Of a stretch of 64,000 bases of DNA, positions 58,994 through 64,000 are shown one piece after another. The stretch is from NCBI GenBank assembly GCA_963695335.1, contig OY968764.1, positions 224,001-288,000 of the forward strand, read 5' to 3'. How positions within the stretch are numbered: position 1 is the stretch's first letter; every line of letters begins with the position of its first letter. The notes under the pieces are model-generated. The model was not told the DNA's origin and did not search any database. It worked only from the letters and a program-made list of their open reading frames with translations. The DNA is from an uncultured bacterium (GTDB lineage: Bacteria; Babelota; Babeliae; Babelales; Vermiphilaceae). A program made the translations under genes and the position numbers.

Positions 58994-59659
58994 TCAGCGA
59001 TTGCGGGCTAGAAAGAGTGCATTGCCAAAAAAAGATTGTATAGTATCAGCAAAATCGCGTCCAACAAGGTCAAATCTATGCTCTGCCATCCAAGCAACCA
59101 CATCTTCATATAACGGCTGTCCCTCATAACTTTCTATAAAAGATACCTCCGCCAACACTACCTTGATATTGTGAATCATTTGGGGTGCTGCCTGCAAAAT
59201 GGTAAGTTCATGACCTTGTGTGTCAAGCCAAAGCAAATCGATCATCTTAACTCCATTTTCATCCGCCCATTGATCAAGTGTGATGGTATGCACAGTTGCC
59301 ATCCGAGGAAAAATTATTGGAGACCGGGATAAACGTTCTTTTGGTTTATGCAAAGACCCTGCTTGAGAAGCAATGCCAGGCTTAGTTGGTTTTTCTGAAA
59401 TATAAAACTCAGCAGTTCCGGTGTGATCGCTTAACGCCACTGGATACCTGTGAACATTGGGCAACATACTTGTATTTTTCACGAGTCGATCAAAAATTTC
59501 TGGCACCGGCTCAAAAGCATGAACTGTACATTGCGGCCATTGTGATACCATTTTTTTTGTATCATGACCATCAAAAGCTCCTGCTTCTACAATCACCGGA
59601 TTGTCAGGTAAAAATTGCTGTATTACTTCTATGGTTTTATAGGAATTGAATATAATCAT
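58994..59659 (-). CDS. FkbM-family methyltransferase
   Basis: VEAGAFDG, AFEP, TLD, LWLDTQGHEL. Confidence 0.88.
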   Translation of the reverse strand: MIIFNSYKTIEVIQQFLPDNPVIVEAGAFDGHDTKKMVSQWPQCTVHAFEPVPEIFDRLVKNTSMLPNVHRYPVALSDHTGTAEFYISEKPTKPGIASQAGSLHKPKERLSRSPIIFPRMATVHTITLDQWADENGVKMIDLLWLDTQGHELTILQAAPQMIHNIKVVLAEVSFIESYEGQPLYEDVVAWMAEHRFDLVGRDFADTIQSFFGNALFLARNR

Positions 59660-59755
59660 AATTTTTTAAGTAAATTTTCTTCTTTATAAAAATATATTTA
59701 TCAATTATAGTAACCCTGTTCATTAAGAATTTATACAAAAAAAAGAAAGGGTTCT

Positions 59756-60301
59756 ATGTTCAGTGTATCTAAAAAATCAATTTTATTATCAATCATTTTT
59801 TTTACAGCTTCTAATATACAATGCAGTGAACCTCAAAGAGCCACAATAACAGGTACTCTACAAATTAAATCTAACGACATCTCAGAACAAGAAACTTCCC
59901 ATGCATGGAAAATGATGACTCTTTTTGGACCAGCTATTGTTACTTGGGCACTAACTCAAGCCGTTCAAAAATATTATGAAGATCCCGAGATATCTACCAA
60001 CAATAAAGAACTTAAAAAAACTGAACTTGAGCTTAAAAAAATTGAGTTAGAAACAAAAAAACACCCTGATTATCCTACAATTAGTTTACAGCTTAAAAAA
60101 AATAAAGCCGAAGAAAAAAGTCTTATTAATAGAGAAAAACAACTCGAATTAGAGTTCAAAAATGGTCAATTAATGGAACATTATGAAGAGAGATTAGATC
60201 ATTTTAGAAAATGCGATGAGCCTCTTACGCAAGATTACTGTAATAATATGACCAAAATATACCAAAAAAGAGTAGAAAGACTTACTGAGTTAAAATCATA
60301 A
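59756..60301 (+). CDS. Secreted or membrane coiled-coil hypothetical protein
   Basis: Signal ..IQC|SEP; central hydrophobic patch; K/E helix. Confidence 0.65.
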   Translation: MFSVSKKSILLSIIFFTASNIQCSEPQRATITGTLQIKSNDISEQETSHAWKMMTLFGPAIVTWALTQAVQKYYEDPEISTNNKELKKTELELKKIELETKKHPDYPTISLQLKKNKAEEKSLINREKQLELEFKNGQLMEHYEERLDHFRKCDEPLTQDYCNNMTKIYQKRVERLTELKS

Positions 60302-60407
60302 GGCAAACAAATTTTCCCTCTTTTTTCTCACTTTTATGATAAACTATATATATACTTGACATTAAAATCCCAAAAATCTTACAATAACCCCTAGTAAAAG
60401 GAATGCT

Positions 60408-61271
60408 ATGAAACATCCTTTTTTGACCATAGCCTTTGTTGTATCTTCATGCATTGTTGCTTTATTCGCTTTTAGATGCACACAAGAGCTGTTTCAAAAG
60501 AAAAAAGAGAGTAAATCTATAAACAAAGATGTGAACAATATGAAACTCAGTATTGTTATTCCCGCATATAATGAAGCAAATCGGATAGAAAGAACCCTAC
60601 GAACATATCATGAATATTTTGCAGCAAAACATATGCCTTTTGAATTGGTTGTAGTATTAAATGGTTGCAAAGATAATACTATTGGTGTTGTTGAACGCGT
60701 ACGCAAAGATCTTGCAACTAATACCATAGTGATCATTGATCTACCACAAGCAGGAAAAGGCCTTGCTATTAAAGCAGGTTTTGCTGATGCGCTTACCAGA
60801 AATAATGATTTAATTGGCTTTGTTGATGCTGATATGGCAACAAAACCTGAAGCATATGATGATCTTATTGCTAATATTGGTGACAATGACGGTATTATTG
60901 CAAGCCGTTACATGCCTGGCGCACAAATTTCTCCACCACGCCCTGCATACAAACGTTATGGAAGTAGATTAGTATACGACCCGTTAAAATGGCTACTTTT
61001 TGGTTTATCATATTACGATACCCAGTGCGGTGCAAAGCTGTTCAAACGAGCAACTTTAGAGACCGTTAATCCACAATTAACAGTCGCTCAATGGGCTTTT
61101 GATGCTGAATTGTTATATCTATGCAAAAAAGCTGGTTACACTGTCATAGAAATTCCAACAGTCTGGGAAGATCAAGCTGAAAGTAAACTCACCCTTAAAG
61201 GTGGCATACGCATGATTAGTTCTCTATTCCAAGCGCGATGGCAACATTTTTGGTCAAAGAAAAAAGCATAA
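60408..61271 (+). CDS. GT2 polyprenol-phosphate glycosyltransferase (DPG-synthase-like)
   Basis: LSIVIPAYNE, GKG.A, FVDAD, DTQCGAK, WAFDAELL; N-terminal TM. Confidence 0.88.
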   Translation: MKHPFLTIAFVVSSCIVALFAFRCTQELFQKKKESKSINKDVNNMKLSIVIPAYNEANRIERTLRTYHEYFAAKHMPFELVVVLNGCKDNTIGVVERVRKDLATNTIVIIDLPQAGKGLAIKAGFADALTRNNDLIGFVDADMATKPEAYDDLIANIGDNDGIIASRYMPGAQISPPRPAYKRYGSRLVYDPLKWLLFGLSYYDTQCGAKLFKRATLETVNPQLTVAQWAFDAELLYLCKKAGYTVIEIPTVWEDQAESKLTLKGGIRMISSLFQARWQHFWSKKKA

Positions 61272-61274
61272 AAC

Positions 61275-61299
61275 AAAAACCCCGAGCAATCGGGGTTTT
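61275..61299. terminator. Bidirectional terminator
   Basis: AAAACCCCGA-GCAA-TCGGGGTTTT. Confidence 0.8.
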
Positions 61300-61318
61300 A
61301 TGATTCATCAATTACATA

Positions 61319-61705
61319 TTACCGTTTATAGGTCAACACCGTATCAACCAAATTATCAATTAATTCACTTAAGGATAATTTTCTTTTTTGCGCCTCTTTG
61401 CTAATCAGATAATGTCGCCTACTTGTTGTCCGATACGATATATTACCTTTAAAATCTTCTGCCCTAATGGGCTCTGGAATATCTTGATTATTTTCCATAT
61501 AAAATTCAATTGCTGCAGATATTGGCTCTTGAATTAATTTCATCGCCTCATCTACCGATGGGGCATCTGTACATATCCCCGGCAATTCATTAACACACAC
61601 AACATATATTTTACTATCATTTTCATCTCTTGCTTGTTCAACTGTGTATGTCCATGGCAAATTGAGATAATAACTTAATTTTTTATACTGTTTTTTAATA
61701 GCCAT
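61319..61705 (-). CDS. hicB: HicB-family antitoxin
   Basis: YYLNLPWT, ELPG, IPEP, FKG.IS.R..H..I...A....SL (RHH). Confidence 0.85.
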   Translation of the reverse strand: MAIKKQYKKLSYYLNLPWTYTVEQARDENDSKIYVVCVNELPGICTDAPSVDEAMKLIQEPISAAIEFYMENNQDIPEPIRAEDFKGNISYRTTSRRHYLISKEAQKRKLSLSELIDNLVDTVLTYKR

Positions 61706-61922
61706 GATCTTTTAAAACCTCCTCTAAATCTTTGAGTTGATATGATAACAGTTGCGATCGCTTTTTAATAGTTACATGTTTATAGCCATTTTTTCTAAAA
61801 ACATGATGCGATCCTCTAATTTTTAACTCATACCCTAATCCTAGCAATATCTTTTCTGCATCGCTATAAGATACCTGCTGATAATCAAAAATCTTCTGAA
61901 TTAATTTCTCGATTTTACTCAT
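61695..61922 (-). CDS. hicA: HicA-family toxin
   Basis: LGYE...RGSHHVF; upstream of and overlapping hicB. Confidence 0.88.
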   Translation of the reverse strand: MSKIEKLIQKIFDYQQVSYSDAEKILLGLGYELKIRGSHHVFRKNGYKHVTIKKRSQLLSYQLKDLEEVLKDHGY

Positions 61923-61957
61923 AAGAGATCTTTTCCTTTGAAAGATTTACACAATTA

Positions 61958-61983
61958 AAATGATATCATATACGATATCATTT
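61958..61983. promoter_or_regulatory. Palindromic operator upstream of hicAB
   Basis: AAATGATATC-ATATAC-GATATCATTT. Confidence 0.7.
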
Positions 61984-62039
61984 GTCATCCCTAAAAAGCA
62001 AATATCTAAAAAATTAAAATCAATTAAACAAAAAATATT

Positions 62040-63272
62040 TTAAACCTGTATCGGATATTCCGCACACATACCACGCACCTTAACTTTGATCGCATTCAAC
62101 ACCGTATCATTATCATGGTGACGAATAGCATCATCGATTAAATGCACAATCTGTTGTGCTACCTCAATCTTCATACCACGCGTTGTAATAGCAGGTGTTC
62201 CAATACGAATACCACTTGTTATCCATGGTTTTTCTGGATCAAATGGAATACAGCTACGCGTTACAGTAATACCTGCTTTTTCTAATGCCACTTCTGCTTT
62301 AAGGCCTGTAATATTTTTTGACCGCAAATCAACAATAAACAGATGATTATCCGTTCCACCAGAAACTATACGATATCCCAAATCAATCAACTCTTGTGCC
62401 ATTGCATGCGCATTAACAATGATTTGCTTTTGATATTCAACAAATGATGGTTGCAGCGCTTCATGGAATGCTACCGCTTTTGCAGCGATTGTGTTCATCA
62501 ATGGCCCACCCTGCATACCCGGTATAATTGCACGGTCAATTTTGGCTGCATGTGCAGCTGTTGTCATAATTAAACCACCTCGCGGACCGCGCAATGTTTT
62601 ATGTGTTGTACTGGTGGTAAAATCAGCGCAATTAACAGGATTTGGATGCAGCCCAGCAGCCACTAAACCAGCAATATGAGCAATATCAGCGAGCAATAAC
62701 GCATTTACATCATGTGCTATTTTAGCAAGCCGTTCAAAATCTATGGTGCGTGAATATGCTGAAGCGCCGGAAATAATCAGTTTTGGCTGACATTCTTGCG
62801 CCATCTTTTCAATAGCATCGTAATCAAGAAGTTCTGTTTCTTTATCAACGGTATATTGAACACTTTTAAATAACGTTCCAGAAAAGTTAACGCCATGGCC
62901 ATGCGTCAAATGCCCACCAGAAGCTAAACTCATGCCTAAAATAGTATCACCCGGCTGCAATAAAGAAAAATATACTGCCATATTTGCCTGTGAACCAGAA
63001 TGTGGTTGCACATTAGCATGCTCTGCATGAAATAACTGCTTACAACGCTCAATAGCAAGCATTTCTGCCTCATCTATCACTGCACATCCAGGGTAATACC
63101 TTTTTCCTGGATATCCTTCAGCGTATTTATTGGTGAGTACTGATCCTGTTGCTTGCATCACTGCCGATGAAGCATAATTTTCTGAAGCAATCAGGTTAAT
63201 TGTCTCTTCTTGACGCTGTTCTTCACGCTCGATCAATTGAGCTACTTGGGGGTCTACTATATTCAAATTCAT
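62040..63272 (-). CDS. glyA: Serine hydroxymethyltransferase
   Basis: [35 protein letters not shown]. Confidence 0.97.
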   Translation of the reverse strand: MNLNIVDPQVAQLIEREEQRQEETINLIASENYASSAVMQATGSVLTNKYAEGYPGKRYYPGCAVIDEAEMLAIERCKQLFHAEHANVQPHSGSQANMAVYFSLLQPGDTILGMSLASGGHLTHGHGVNFSGTLFKSVQYTVDKETELLDYDAIEKMAQECQPKLIISGASAYSRTIDFERLAKIAHDVNALLLADIAHIAGLVAAGLHPNPVNCADFTTSTTHKTLRGPRGGLIMTTAAHAAKIDRAIIPGMQGGPLMNTIAAKAVAFHEALQPSFVEYQKQIIVNAHAMAQELIDLGYRIVSGGTDNHLFIVDLRSKNITGLKAEVALEKAGITVTRSCIPFDPEKPWITSGIRIGTPAITTRGMKIEVAQQIVHLIDDAIRHHDNDTVLNAIKVKVRGMCAEYPIQV

Positions 63273-63358
63273 AACATACCTTCAAATAATTTTTATAGTT
63301 GTATCTAGAATATATACCATAAAAACGTAACTTCCACTCCTTCTTATTTTTCTCTCTA

Positions 63359-63428
63359 GCGCTCGCCCTGAACTTGTTGAATGGTATCTTGGAGCGCTTA
63401 ATCCTTCGACAAGCTCAGGATGAGCGGT
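63359..63428. repeat. Inverted pair of family A repeats
   Basis: GCGCTCGCCCTGAACTTGTTGAA...CCTTCGACAAGCTCAGGATGAGCGG. Confidence 0.8.
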
Positions 63429-63525
63429 GAAGGATGCCCTTTTTGCAACCCGCTTCATTTGCCTTTTTTCAAGCCTTTTTTTATACTGAGAAAAGAAACA
63501 AACCCATATCCATAAGGGAAATATC

Positions 63526-64000
63526 GTGATATCTACGACTGAATTTAAAAAAGGCGCAAAAATTCTTTATAACAACGCCCCATACATCATTCTTGATTAC
63601 CATAGCGTAAAACCAGGAAAAGGCGGCGCATTCGTTAAAACTAAAATGAGAAACATGATCACCGGGCTTATTTGGGAAGATACCTTCCGTTCTGGTGAAA
63701 AATTTGAGCAACCTGACCTTGAGTACCATGAAATGCAATATCTTTACGCTGATGGCGAATTATACAACTTCATGGACCAAGAAAGTTTCGACCAAATAGC
63801 ATTCAATAAAGAACAGATTGAAGAAGTATTAGATTTCTTAAAAGAACAAGAGATTTATAACGTTGTTTATTTTGATGGCAAACCAATCACGGTAACTCCT
63901 CCAATGTTTATGGAAATGACCATCAAAGAAGCTATGCCAGGTGTACGTGGCGATACCGCTCAAGGTGGCGCAACAAAACCAGCAACACTTGAATCAGGTC
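63526..64000 (+). CDS. efp: Elongation factor P (partial, runs off window; absent from ORF track)
   Basis: GTG start; MISTTEFKKG..VKPGKGGAFVKTK..QYLY..FMD..PGVRGDTAQG..KPA.LESG. Confidence 0.95.
   Translation, partial: MISTTEFKKGAKILYNNAPYIILDYHSVKPGKGGAFVKTKMRNMITGLIWEDTFRSGEKFEQPDLEYHEMQYLYADGELYNFMDQESFDQIAFNKEQIEEVLDFLKEQEIYNVVYFDGKPITVTPPMFMEMTIKEAMPGVRGDTAQGGATKPATLESG

Noticed and set aside
63481..63738. 85-aa minus-strand ORF
   Set aside because: Antisense to efp
1..64000. rRNA, tRNA or prophage
   Set aside because: No recognisable signatures found by eye; a tRNAscan/Infernal run would be needed to exclude small RNAs

Overview
AT-rich bacterial chromosome window. The mix of housekeeping genes, ankyrin and RING proteins, many small signal-peptide orphan proteins and a membrane pyrophosphatase suggests an intracellular protist parasite, most likely Ca. 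Dependentiae/Babeliae (TM6); this is an inference. Core genes: hppA, pyrF, a pyrD-pyrE fusion, murE, an AlsT-type symporter, ruvX/yqgF, tsaB, rsmE, secA (two +1 frameshifts), hisS, skp, pth, alaS, ugd, glyA and partial efp. Accessory content: RelBE-like and HicAB toxin-antitoxin loci, a Fic protein, an intact ISAs1 element, two group IIC intron remnants, an AAA/PD-(D/E)XK gene and several paralog arrays of secreted proteins. Most interesting: (1) an unannotated Trp-rich leader peptide (...SWRWWR*) overlapping a hairpin plus U-tract, upstream of a coupled operon of signal-peptide GNAT, ACY1-like aminoacylase and aromatic-amino-acid-type ABC importer; (2) normally cytoplasmic enzymes (PyrD-PyrE, eukaryote-type PyrF, Ugd, four glycosyltransferases) carrying signal-peptide-like N-termini; (3) 30-33 nt palindromic repeats that insert in frame into genes and nest inside one another; (4) a recurrent predicted mature N-terminus of M/S/A followed by E/D/K in secreted proteins. 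All calls were made by eye, with no database searches.
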